Shown: in pieces, positions 55,472 to 64,000 of the stretch
How positions within the stretch are numbered: position 1 is the stretch's first letter
Layout: every line of letters begins with the position of its first letter
Origin: Candidatus Colwellbacteria bacterium
GTDB taxonomy: Bacteria; Patescibacteriota; Minisyncoccia; UBA6257; Colwellbacteraceae
Length of the DNA stretch: 64,000 bases
Reading direction: 5' to 3'
Assembly: GCA_016176525.1 (NCBI GenBank)
Contig: JACOWZ010000003.1
Span: 192,001-256,000, forward strand
Notes under the pieces: model-generated
What the model saw: the letters and a program-made list of their open reading frames with translations, nothing else
Database searches by the model: none
What the model was told of the DNA's origin: nothing
Position numbers and translations under genes: made by a program

Positions 55472-55499
55472 CCGCGCTACATTAGTTCGCGGTTTTTTT
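55472..55499 (+). terminator. Hairpin plus T7 terminator
   Basis: CCGCG, 11-nt loop, CGCGG, then TTTTTTT. Confidence 0.45.
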
Positions 55500-55544
55500 C
55501 TTTGAAGAGGGCGGGATGCTTAATATTGTGGTAAAATTCAGTGA

Positions 55545-56915
55545 ATGTTAAAACTTAAGTTTTATGGAGCGGCACGCAGAACCTCTGGCTCCAATTTTTT
55601 ACTGGAGAGTTCCAATACTAAAGGCGCAATATCAATATTGGTTGACTGCGGTTTGCATCAAGGCAGTCATTTTTGCGAAAAGCATAATTTTGAGCCGTTT
55701 AAGTACGACCCGAAAGAGGTAAAAGCCATTTTTGTAAGCCACGCCCACATTGACCACACGGGGCTAATCCCAAAAATGTATGCGCACGGCTTTCGGGGAA
55801 AGGTTTTTAGTACTGGTCCAACAAAAGATTTTGCTTATGAGCTACTGCTCGATTCCGAAGATATTCTAAAACGTGAAGCCGAGCGCGAGAAAAAGCAGCC
55901 GATTTACACTAAGGCCGATGTTGACAGCGTAATGGCGCTTTGGGAATCCGTTGACTACGGCGGCACTGTGGAGGTTGATGGGTTTAAAGCAATTTTTAAG
56001 AATGCGGGGCATATTTTAGGTTCTGCTTCTATTATTATTGAAGCAGAGGGTAAAAAAATAATTTTTTCCGGTGACTTAGGTAACTCACATCCCGCGCTTA
56101 TAAATAAATACGATTTAATTGAAGAGCCGGTTGATTACTGTCTTGTTGAGTCAACCTATGGGGACCGCCTGCACGGCGATTTATCTGCGAAAGAAGGCAT
56201 ATTGGAAGATGTCGTGGAAGAAACTGTAAAGGCCGGCGGGGTGCTTATGATTCCTGCCTTTGCGATGGAGCGCACGCAAATGCTCCTTGCCCAACTTGAT
56301 GAGCTTGTTGAGAATGGCCGCATACCGCGCGTGCCAGTTTTTATAGATTCTCCGCTTGCTATAAGGTTAAGCTCAATTTACAAGTGGTATTACGACAAGT
56401 TTATTAATGAAGAAGCCAAAAAAATAATTGGTACAAGCAGGATGTTTTTTGATTTTCCGGGATTAAAAGTTACAAATACAACGAGGCAATCAATCGCGAT
56501 AAATAAAGTGCCTGCTCCAAAAATTATTATTGCAGGTTCCGGAATGTCTAACGGCGGGCGTATTTTACGCCACGAGGCTAGGTACTTGTCGGACCCGAAG
56601 AGCACAATTCTGTTTGTGGGGTACCAAGCAGAGGGCACGCTTGGCAGAAGAATTCTAGATGGCGAAAAGACTGTTAAGATCTTGCGCGAAAAAGTGTCTG
56701 TGCGGGCCCGCGTGGTTAATATTCCTGAATATTCAGCGCACGCCGACCAAAAAGACCTTTTGGAGTGGCTATACCCAATGCGCAAAAGCTTAAAGAAAGT
56801 TTTTGTTGTACAAGGCGAGCAGCATGCGAGCGAAACACTAGCAGTGCTAATAAAAGATAAACTTGCGGTGGATGCGGTTGCGCCTTCGTTAAACGAGGAA
56901 GTTATATTAGAATAA
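55545..56915 (+). CDS. MBL-fold beta-CASP family RNA-metabolising hydrolase (RNase J / CPSF-like)
   Basis: HAHIDHTG (HxHxDH) motif, then beta-CASP region motifs. Length is 456 aa. Confidence 0.7.
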   Translation: MLKLKFYGAARRTSGSNFLLESSNTKGAISILVDCGLHQGSHFCEKHNFEPFKYDPKEVKAIFVSHAHIDHTGLIPKMYAHGFRGKVFSTGPTKDFAYELLLDSEDILKREAEREKKQPIYTKADVDSVMALWESVDYGGTVEVDGFKAIFKNAGHILGSASIIIEAEGKKIIFSGDLGNSHPALINKYDLIEEPVDYCLVESTYGDRLHGDLSAKEGILEDVVEETVKAGGVLMIPAFAMERTQMLLAQLDELVENGRIPRVPVFIDSPLAIRLSSIYKWYYDKFINEEAKKIIGTSRMFFDFPGLKVTNTTRQSIAINKVPAPKIIIAGSGMSNGGRILRHEARYLSDPKSTILFVGYQAEGTLGRRILDGEKTVKILREKVSVRARVVNIPEYSAHADQKDLLEWLYPMRKSLKKVFVVQGEQHASETLAVLIKDKLAVDAVAPSLNEEVILE

Positions 56916-56920
56916 AACTT

Positions 56921-57514
56921 ATGCCACCAAGCTTCTATGATGGGAAATATAAAATCTGCGTTTCTGGAGCGGCGGAGACCGTTAATTGCGGCGAAGAGGC
57001 GTTTAGCATTGCCGAGGAATTAGGCAGAGAAATAATACGCCACAATGGTATTTTAATAGATGGCGCAACAACTGGGTTTCCATACTGGTCTGCTAAGGGG
57101 GCAAAATCTATAAAAGGGGGAATAGTTGTTGGGCTTTCTCCTGCTATGAGCGAGAAAGAGCATGTAGAAATTTATAAACTGCCCGTTGATTACCACGACC
57201 TTATAGTTTACACGGGTTTTAATTATTCCGGCCGCAATTTGCTTTTAACGCGGGCCTCCGATGCCGTTATAGTCGGCTGTGGCAGAATGGGCACGCTAAA
57301 TGAATTTACAATTGCTTTTGAAGATAAAAAACCTATTGGTATATTGCGCGGCCCGTGGGAAACAGATGAGGTCTTATTGAATATGATGGAAAAATCCCAC
57401 AGAGCAGAAGAAATGAAAGATAAGATTGTAATATCTGAAAACCCAAAAGAGCTTTTAGACAAGCTTATTAAAGTTATAGACGCTCACAAAAACGAGATAA
57501 TTAGAGTACTCTAG
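56921..57514 (+). CDS. LOG/SLOG-family (TIGR00725-like) Rossmann-fold protein
   Basis: KICVSGAAETVNCGEE...GGTTGFPY pattern typical of TIGR00725 / lysine-decarboxylase-like proteins. Confidence 0.6.
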   Translation: MPPSFYDGKYKICVSGAAETVNCGEEAFSIAEELGREIIRHNGILIDGATTGFPYWSAKGAKSIKGGIVVGLSPAMSEKEHVEIYKLPVDYHDLIVYTGFNYSGRNLLLTRASDAVIVGCGRMGTLNEFTIAFEDKKPIGILRGPWETDEVLLNMMEKSHRAEEMKDKIVISENPKELLDKLIKVIDAHKNEIIRVL

Positions 57515-57533
57515 AGTTTGGTATAATCTTAAT

Positions 57534-57797
57534 ATGCCTAAAGCGAGTGTGCCAAAGCCAATAGGTGTTATAAAGCATTATTATGGCGGCATTAAGGTTG
57601 CAATTATAAAGTTTAAGCGCGCGGTTAATGTTGGTGACGAGATAAATATTGTTGGAGCAACCACTAACTTTAAAACAAAAATAAAGTCTATGCAGTATGA
57701 CCACAAAGATATAAAGCGCGCTGCAAAAGGTAAAGAGGTTGGAATTAAAGTATCCAAGAGAGTAAGAGAGGGTGACGAAGTCTTTGAATCTTCTTAA
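57534..57797 (+). CDS. Hypothetical 87-aa protein (EF-Tu domain-2-like beta-barrel?)
   Basis: ORF only. The sequence resembles small translation-factor-like barrel domains, but this is uncertain. Confidence 0.45.
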   Translation: MPKASVPKPIGVIKHYYGGIKVAIIKFKRAVNVGDEINIVGATTNFKTKIKSMQYDHKDIKRAAKGKEVGIKVSKRVREGDEVFESS

Positions 57798-58902
57798 GTT
57801 AATTATAATACCGGCAGGTTTTATGTCAGCTTTGATTATTGGAGCGGGGATGTTTTCCCTGCCTTATTTATTTTCTAAATCTGGTCTTGTGGTTGGATTT
57901 TTATATTTGGCGATCTTTGCGCCTCTTCTGGGGGTGCTGCACGTTATGTATTACGAGATAGTACAAAAAACTCCAGGGCACACCAGATTTGTGGGCTATG
58001 CGCGCAAATATCTCGGCATTCCAGGATTTGTCTTATCTCTTTTTACAACAGTTGTGGGACTTACTTTATCTTTGCTCATATATTTGGTTTTAGCTGCGAG
58101 TTTTATGCGTATAGTTCTGCCAGAGTTAAATGAATCATTTGTTGTATGGCCCTTGTGGGCAGCAGCTTCTTTTACAGTCTTAAAAGGCATAAAAAGTTTT
58201 GGCTGGATGGGAATTTTAATAACAGTTGTGCTTTCAGTTATAACGGTTCTATTTTTTATATTTGGTTTTCAGGTGTTTTTATCTATGGAATCTATTTGGG
58301 AGGCAAATTTCGCAAATTGGCTCTTGCCCTACGGAGCAGTGCTTTTTGCCTTATCGGGCAGGTCCGCGGTAACTGCGGTAAAAGAATATTTTGGAGAGAA
58401 AGGTGATAAATTCGCAAAGCCGTCTATATTTGCTGGCACTCTATTCCCAGTGCTTCTTTATGCTGTGTTTGTAATTGGCGTTTTAGGATTGTCTACTACG
58501 GTTTCGGAAAACGCGCTTGCGGGAATGGATCTGGCGCCAAGCATCCTTATTTGGGCGCTCGTTGTGGTCGGAGTGCTTTTTTCGTTTTGGGATTCTTATG
58601 TTTTCTTGGGTTTGGAGCTTAATTCCATTTTGAAGGAAGATTTCAAGCTTAAGAATTTAAGCAAGGTTTTAGTTGTTCTACTGCCCATCACGCTTTATTT
58701 TATGGGGCTTCAAAGTTTTATTGTGCTTGTGAGCGTTTCTGGCGGAATTTTTTTGGCGCTTGAGAGTATTTTGGTAATATCAATGTGGTTAAAGCTTGCG
58801 CCGAGAAGTATTCTCGTAAAGCTCGCTGCAAGCGTTCTTATTGCAATTTTTGTAATAGGAGGCGTGTTAGTTTTACAAGAGCTTGTATTAGCGTCCTCGT
58901 AG
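57772..58902 (+). CDS. Polytopic membrane transporter-like protein (APC/amino-acid permease-like)
   Basis: About 11 predicted TM helices in 376 aa. Confidence 0.55.
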   Translation: MTKSLNLLKLIIIPAGFMSALIIGAGMFSLPYLFSKSGLVVGFLYLAIFAPLLGVLHVMYYEIVQKTPGHTRFVGYARKYLGIPGFVLSLFTTVVGLTLSLLIYLVLAASFMRIVLPELNESFVVWPLWAAASFTVLKGIKSFGWMGILITVVLSVITVLFFIFGFQVFLSMESIWEANFANWLLPYGAVLFALSGRSAVTAVKEYFGEKGDKFAKPSIFAGTLFPVLLYAVFVIGVLGLSTTVSENALAGMDLAPSILIWALVVVGVLFSFWDSYVFLGLELNSILKEDFKLKNLSKVLVVLLPITLYFMGLQSFIVLVSVSGGIFLALESILVISMWLKLAPRSILVKLAASVLIAIFVIGGVLVLQELVLASS

Positions 58903-58964
58903 TTCAACGGATAGAATATCTCCCTCCGAAGGAGGTGATGCAGGTTCAATTCCTGCCGAGGACA
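58893..58964 (+). tRNA. tRNA-Arg, anticodon CCG
   Basis: GTCCTCGTAGTTCAACGGATAGAATATCTCCCTCCGAAGGAGGTGATGCAGGTTCAATTCCTGCCGAGGACA. Anticodon loop CTCCGAA and TPsiC loop TTCAATT. Confidence 0.85.
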
Positions 58965-58995
58965 CAGGAAACCCGAATCGGGTTATAATTAGCTT

Positions 58996-59355
58996 ATGAC
59001 TGATGCAAATCCATTTTTCTATTTAGGCAAGAGATTTTTGTGGAGTATATTTTTCTTTTTCAATCATTGGTACGTTGGCGGTTTCAGGGCGTTTAGCCAC
59101 TTTACATTAGGCTTCTTTGAACGTTTAGATAAAACCTTCGCGCTTAAGGTGAATCTGCGCAATTTTTTTAAACCGCTTTACCAAGACAGAAGCTTTATCG
59201 GCTATGCGCTCGGGTTCGTTTTTAGAACAACCCGACTTTTTATAACGCTTGTTGTTTATACTTTTATTTTCTCTCTTATTTTTGTTGTGTTTCTATTTTG
59301 GATGCTTGTTCCACTGGTCGTCGTATATAGAATTATTCATGGAATTATATTTTAA
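58996..59355 (+). CDS. Hypothetical membrane protein; may be the frameshifted N-terminus of the downstream Clp ATPase
   Basis: 119-aa hydrophobic ORF that overlaps the Clp ORF start in the +1 frame. Confidence 0.35.
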   Translation: MTDANPFFYLGKRFLWSIFFFFNHWYVGGFRAFSHFTLGFFERLDKTFALKVNLRNFFKPLYQDRSFIGYALGFVFRTTRLFITLVVYTFIFSLIFVVFLFWMLVPLVVVYRIIHGIIF

Positions 59356-61822
59356 AGAACCCTTACTGCAGATGGGGCCATATTCCCGTGTCATTGTGCG
59401 CGTTCTAAGGGGAATATGGTTTAGCATAATCGTTGTTGCCACGGTAATATTCCTTTCTAATTGGAATGACGTAGAGCCGCTTTACTGGATTGGTATTTTA
59501 ATCTCGCTTTACTTAGCTGAACGGTTAGTGCATTTCGGTAAGCCTGTAGATTCTTTGCATTATTACCGTGGTAAAAAACAGGCTAATGTTGCTCGGTTTA
59601 TGTCTCCTAAGGCAAGAAGTTATGTAATAAGGGCCGCAGATAAAACCTTTTTTCGTGGCGGCAAGTTTGCGATAAACGCCGCTTACATTCTTTTAGAAGA
59701 CCGCGGCGTTTATGGCGCGGTTTTGCGCTTGGGTGTGGATGTGGACGAGCTAAAAGCAAAACTTACTGAATGCCTTAAAGATTATAAAGAAAAATCGAGT
59801 ACAAAAGACATCCAAAGGGATGCCGAAATTCTTTCTGTAGGCGCCTTTAGGAGGGCTATTGATTTGGCCGAGGCCGATATTTCGCCCGCGGATGTTTTTG
59901 CTGCATTAGAAGATTTAGGCGACCCCGACCTTAAAAGAATCTTGAATTTGTTTGAAATACAATCTGGCGATGTAAGCGAGATGATGATATTCGCCCGCGT
60001 TAAGAGTTTTTCACGGCGCATACCTGCCGTACTCGGCGGTTTTGCAGCAAGGCACATTAGACACAGGGTTATAAACCGCGCTTGGACTTCTAGGCCGACT
60101 CCTATGCTTGATTTATACGGCGAAGATTTTACAGATATGGCCCGCGCTGGCAGAGCAGGATTTTTGGTTGGCCACAGAGAAGAATACGAAAGGCTGCTTA
60201 ATGTTCTATCGCGTTCCTCGCAGCCGAATGCGCTTTTAGTGGGTGAGCCTGGCATAGGTAAAGAAACGGTTGTAGCGCACCTTGCGCACCAGATTATAAA
60301 AGACAAAGTTCCATCGGAACTTTTTGATAAACGTTTAGTGTCTTTGAATATTGGCAGGCTTGTATCGGGGGCCGAGCAGGCGGAATTGCAGGCAAGAATT
60401 CAAAGGGTTTTTGGAGAAATTCTGCGTGCGGGTAATATTATCTTGTATGTTCCGGATATTCATAACATGCTAAAAACTGCTAGTGTTGAAGGGCAAATGT
60501 CTGCGGCAGACACTATCATTCCATTTTTAACTTCTGACAACTTTCCGCTAATAGGCACAACATACCCAAACGAATTTAAGCAATATTTAGAGCGCGACAG
60601 CGCCTTCGTAGGTGCCTTTGAAGTTATACGGTTAGAGAGCGTTAAGCCAGAAGAGGCGCGCAAAATTTTAATATTTGAAAGTTTAATACTTGAATCAACA
60701 TATAAGGTGCAGATAACATATCCGGCTATTAAGTCTGCAGTAAAGCTTGCAGAGAAATATTTTGGGTCTTCGCCATTGCCCGGCTCTGCGATCGGACTTT
60801 TAAGGGAGGCGGTGTCTGATACACGCAGACGCGGTGATAATCAAGTAGGTGAAGAAAGTGTAATAGCTGTTGCAGAAACCCGCACAAAGGTGCCGATACA
60901 AAGAGCAGGGCTCGTAGAAAGCGAAGTACTTTTAAATTTAGAAGAAATTATTCATCGCGAGCTTATAGACCAAGAACCGGCTGTAAGTGCGGTTGCCAGA
61001 AGTCTAAGGGAATACAGAAGCGGCCTTGCGCGCCGCGGTGGGCCGATAGGTGCGTTTCTTTTTGTAGGGCCTACGGGGGTTGGTAAAACGGAGCTCTCTA
61101 AGATACTGGCCAAACTTCAGTTTGGGAGTGTTGAGGCGATGGTGCGCTTTGATATGTCTGAATATCAAGACAAGAAAAACTTGTTTCAGCTTATCGGTTC
61201 GCCGGACGGAACGCTCACCGGCGCGCTAACAGAGAGAATATTGGAGGCGCCATATAGCTTGATTTTGTTGGATGAGTTTGAAAAAGCCCATCCGGATATT
61301 TTGAATATTTTCCTACAAGTTCTGGACGACGGCAGATTAACAGACAGCTTGGGGAGAGTAGTGGATTTTACAAACACTATAATAATCGCTACCTCTAACG
61401 CGCATTCGGATTTTATAAAGAGGGAATTGGAAGCCGACAAAAGTATGGATGAGATTGCTGAAGGAGTTAAGAAAAAACTAACCGCGTTTTTCCGGCCAGA
61501 GCTTTTAAATAGATTTTCTGCAACCATTGTGTTTAAAAATTTGTCGCCGGAAGATATTACCCAGATTGCACGCTTGCAAGTTAAGGACTTTGCACTTCAG
61601 CTTTACGAAGAGCAGGGAATTAAAATTTCTTTTTCTGAAGAGGCAATAAATAGACTCTCAAGCCTAGGGTATGACCCTGCTTATGGGGCAAGGCCGCTTA
61701 GAAGAGCGATATCAGAATATATTAAAAACCCGCTATCAAAACTTATTTTATCTGGCGAAGTTGCAAGAGGTTCCGAGGTTAAAGTTGAAGAACGCGATGG
61801 AGAGATTAAACTAGAATTGTGA
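59339..61822 (+). CDS. Class I Clp/Hsp100 AAA+ ATPase (ClpC/ClpB-like) with a hydrophobic N-terminal leader
   Basis: Clp_N repeats, NBD1 Walker A GEPGIGKET and NBD2 Walker A GPTGVGKTE. The start is taken at the Met at 59339. Residues 1-60 contain a predicted TM helix. Confidence 0.85.
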   Translation: MELYFKEPLLQMGPYSRVIVRVLRGIWFSIIVVATVIFLSNWNDVEPLYWIGILISLYLAERLVHFGKPVDSLHYYRGKKQANVARFMSPKARSYVIRAADKTFFRGGKFAINAAYILLEDRGVYGAVLRLGVDVDELKAKLTECLKDYKEKSSTKDIQRDAEILSVGAFRRAIDLAEADISPADVFAALEDLGDPDLKRILNLFEIQSGDVSEMMIFARVKSFSRRIPAVLGGFAARHIRHRVINRAWTSRPTPMLDLYGEDFTDMARAGRAGFLVGHREEYERLLNVLSRSSQPNALLVGEPGIGKETVVAHLAHQIIKDKVPSELFDKRLVSLNIGRLVSGAEQAELQARIQRVFGEILRAGNIILYVPDIHNMLKTASVEGQMSAADTIIPFLTSDNFPLIGTTYPNEFKQYLERDSAFVGAFEVIRLESVKPEEARKILIFESLILESTYKVQITYPAIKSAVKLAEKYFGSSPLPGSAIGLLREAVSDTRRRGDNQVGEESVIAVAETRTKVPIQRAGLVESEVLLNLEEIIHRELIDQEPAVSAVARSLREYRSGLARRGGPIGAFLFVGPTGVGKTELSKILAKLQFGSVEAMVRFDMSEYQDKKNLFQLIGSPDGTLTGALTERILEAPYSLILLDEFEKAHPDILNIFLQVLDDGRLTDSLGRVVDFTNTIIIATSNAHSDFIKRELEADKSMDEIAEGVKKKLTAFFRPELLNRFSATIVFKNLSPEDITQIARLQVKDFALQLYEEQGIKISFSEEAINRLSSLGYDPAYGARPLRRAISEYIKNPLSKLILSGEVARGSEVKVEERDGEIKLEL

Positions 61823-63543
61823 GCAATAAAGAAGTTGCAAAAATTTTGCGCGAGATTGGCGAGTATTTAGATATGCAGGAAGTGCCTTTCAAACCGCGCG
61901 CATATGAAAAAGCTGCAGATGCGTTGGATGACTTAGAAGAAGACTTGCGTGGAATATACGAGCGCGGCGGGTTAAAGGCGCTTGAAGGTATCCCTGGTGT
62001 TGGCGTATCTATTGCTGAGAAAATAGAAGAGCTTTTGCGCACTGGCAAACTTAAATATTACGAAAAATTAAAGCATAAGATGCCGGTGGACTTGGCAGAA
62101 CTTACAGGCATTGAGGGCTTGGGGCCCAAAAAGATTCAAGTTTTATATAAAAAACTAGGGATAAAGAATCTAAAAAACCTTGAAGAAGCAATTAAAAAAG
62201 GAAAAATTCGCAAGCTTGAGGGCTTTGGAGAAAAGTCGGAAGAAAATATTATGCGTGGCATAGAATTTTTAAAAAAGTCTTCTGGCAGGTTTCTGCTTGT
62301 GCCGATTATGCCGGCAATAGACGATTTAGTCGCAAATTTACGCAAAGTGCCCGGCGTTTCGCGCATTGATACTGCCGGTTCTACGCGCAGATGGAAAGAG
62401 ACTATAGGAGATATTGATATTCTGGCGGCGTCTTATCAGCCTAAAAAAATAATGGATGCTTTTGTAAATATGCCGGAGGTTGCTATGAAACTGGCGCATG
62501 GCCCAACTAAGTCTGCAGTAAAGTTAAAGAATGGTTTAGACGTTGATTTAAGGGTTGTGCCAGAGAAGTCTTATGGTGCTGCGCTTAATTATTTTACTGG
62601 CTCTAAAGCGCACAATATAGCGCTTCGTCAGCTTGCTATAGAACACGGTTGGAAACTCAATGAATATGGTTTATTCAAGGGCAAAACACAGATTGCCGGC
62701 AAGACAGAGGAAGAGTTATATAAAAAACTGGGTCTGATTTACATTCCGCCGGAGATGCGCGAGAACACTGGCGAAATTGAACTTGCTGCCAAAGACAATC
62801 TTCCAAAGCTTATTGAATACGGCACAATTGCAGGGGATTTGCAGGTGCAAACAACTTGGTCTGACGGTGCAAATTCAATTGAAGAGATGGCAAATGCCGC
62901 AATAGGCATGCGCTTGGAGTATATTGCAATTACAGACCACACAAAGCGTTTGGCTATGACAGGTGGTTTAGATGAAAAGCGCCTGCGACAACAAGGCAAA
63001 GAAATAGACAAAATTAATTTAAAATTTAAAATTTCAAATTTAAAATTCAGGATACTGAAGTCCACCGAGTGCGATATATTAAAAGACGGCTCACTAGATT
63101 TAAAAGACGATGTATTAGCAGAGCTTGATATTGTCGGCGCCTCCGTACACTCGTATTTTAATTTGCCGGAGCACGAGCAGACAGAGAGGATAATTAAGGC
63201 AATGAAGAATAAAAATGTGGATATTGTTTTCCACCCAACCGGGCGCGTTATCGGCAAACGCGACCCCTACAAGGTAGATATAGATAAAATTATTAGTGTT
63301 GCAAAAGAGACCGGTACTGTTTTGGAGATAAACAGTTATCCAGACAGGTCTGACCTTAAGGACGAGTATATTAGAAAGTGTGTTGATGCCGGCGTTAAGC
63401 TCGCAATTGATTCAGATGCGCACTCTGTCTCCCACCTTAAGTTTTTAGATTATGGAATTTCGCAGGCAAGAAGAGGGTGGGCTAAGAAGAGTGATATTAT
63501 AAATGCTTGGCCGGTGGAAAAGATGCTTTCCATGCTAAAATAA
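61819..63543 (+). CDS. polX: Family X DNA polymerase with a C-terminal PHP domain (PolX)
   Basis: Helix-hairpin-helix motifs, a nucleotidyltransferase GS motif region (GSTRRWKETIGDIDIL) and PHP His/Asp motifs (DHT, HS, DSDAHS). An in-frame AT-rich heptamer repeat lies at 63014-63045. Confidence 0.88.
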   Translation: MSNKEVAKILREIGEYLDMQEVPFKPRAYEKAADALDDLEEDLRGIYERGGLKALEGIPGVGVSIAEKIEELLRTGKLKYYEKLKHKMPVDLAELTGIEGLGPKKIQVLYKKLGIKNLKNLEEAIKKGKIRKLEGFGEKSEENIMRGIEFLKKSSGRFLLVPIMPAIDDLVANLRKVPGVSRIDTAGSTRRWKETIGDIDILAASYQPKKIMDAFVNMPEVAMKLAHGPTKSAVKLKNGLDVDLRVVPEKSYGAALNYFTGSKAHNIALRQLAIEHGWKLNEYGLFKGKTQIAGKTEEELYKKLGLIYIPPEMRENTGEIELAAKDNLPKLIEYGTIAGDLQVQTTWSDGANSIEEMANAAIGMRLEYIAITDHTKRLAMTGGLDEKRLRQQGKEIDKINLKFKISNLKFRILKSTECDILKDGSLDLKDDVLAELDIVGASVHSYFNLPEHEQTERIIKAMKNKNVDIVFHPTGRVIGKRDPYKVDIDKIISVAKETGTVLEINSYPDRSDLKDEYIRKCVDAGVKLAIDSDAHSVSHLKFLDYGISQARRGWAKKSDIINAWPVEKMLSMLK

Positions 63544-63549
63544 ATATTT

Positions 63550-64000
63550 ATGCGAGAAATATCAGCTGGAATAATAGTTTTTAGGCGGATTTCTGGAGGT
63601 CCGCGCTTTTTGCTTTTGTACCACGGCGGCAAATATTGGAATTTCCCCAAGGGTAAACTAGAAGCCGAAGAAGGAAGCTTCGAAGCAGCAGTGCGCGAAA
63701 CCATGGAAGAGACCGGTCTTAAAAAGTCGGATTTAAGAATCTTTGACAGATTTAAGGCGTATGAAAATTTTCATTTTTCGCGCGGCAAGGTAAAGATTTT
63801 TAAGACCGTTATTTTTTATCTTGCAGAGAGTAAAACATCAGAAGTAAAAATTTCTAAAGAACACTATGGTTTTGGCTGGTTTGCATACAAAGAAGCAGCG
63901 GAAATGTTAAAACACTATAAAGATAGTTTAGTTGTACTCAAAAAAGCCTTTAACTATATTAGGTTTCCTAAGCGCGTGGTAGAACGGAAGAAACAATCTC
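63550..64000 (+). CDS. NUDIX hydrolase, 3'-truncated by the window edge
   Basis: Nudix box GKLEAEEGSFEAAVRETMEETGL. The ORF is still open at the window end. Confidence 0.7.
   Translation, partial: MREISAGIIVFRRISGGPRFLLLYHGGKYWNFPKGKLEAEEGSFEAAVRETMEETGLKKSDLRIFDRFKAYENFHFSRGKVKIFKTVIFYLAESKTSEVKISKEHYGFGWFAYKEAAEMLKHYKDSLVVLKKAFNYIRFPKRVVERKKQS

Noticed and set aside
1-64000. Alternative genetic code (UGA recoding, as in some candidate-phyla lineages)
   Set aside because: Conserved genes terminate at sensible positions with TGA, TAA and TAG under the standard code, and no in-frame TGA interrupts recognisable domains.

Overview
This 64-kb window reads as a chromosomal segment of a small-genome bacterium, most likely from the Candidate Phyla Radiation (Patescibacteria). 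Its gene content is typical of that group: a short form of ribosomal protein S1, small paralogous pilin-like membrane proteins, and pieces of a minimal type IV secretion (T4SS)-like apparatus. Start codons almost never have a Shine-Dalgarno motif, and the standard genetic code fits.

The window spans the replication origin: dnaN and dnaA sit on the minus strand, rpmH-rnpA-yidC-jag on the plus strand, and DnaA-box-like motifs lie upstream of dnaA at about 37.4-37.6 kb.

The rest is dense housekeeping. It includes tyrS, clpP, ppa, nusA, the rpsO-pnp operon, gyrA, rpsA, ftsH, uppS, rpsT, holA, ruvA/B/C (dispersed), yebC, a class A penicillin-binding protein, rsmA, a Clp ATPase, a family X DNA polymerase (PolX) and four tRNAs (Leu-TAG, Ile-TAT, Val-TAC, Arg-CCG).

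Features worth a second look:
1. A co-directional T4SS-like operon (VirB2-like pilin, VirB4 ATPase, VirB6-like giant membrane protein and three unknowns) sits immediately origin-proximal and abuts rsmA. A separate VirD4-like coupling ATPase and three more pilin paralogues lie elsewhere, each next to a tRNA gene.
2. A 300-bp intergenic array of at least ten copies of the parS half-site (GTGAAACA / TGTTTCAC) lies 13 kb from dnaA. None is arranged as a canonical abutting palindrome.
3. A candidate ~165-nt sRNA has a consensus extended -10 sigma70 promoter (TTGACA-N17-TGnTATAAT) and a 17-bp terminal stem followed by a U-tract.
4. Perfect 20-24-nt duplications of the 3' ends of tRNA-Leu and tRNA-Val each lie about 145 bp downstream of the tRNA. 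One is next to a XerD-like recombinase. A degenerate 5' tRNA-Val fragment sits upstream of tRNA-Val.
5. AAATTT(C/A) heptanucleotide tandem repeats are embedded in-frame in two unrelated genes (a Mur ligase and PolX).
6. Smaller items: an NYN nuclease gene inside the rpsO-pnp operon, a 53-aa hyper-acidic ORF with an internal 36-nt duplication, a His-rich RTD/NGNG tandem-repeat protein, and a Clp ATPase that appears membrane-anchored or frameshifted.
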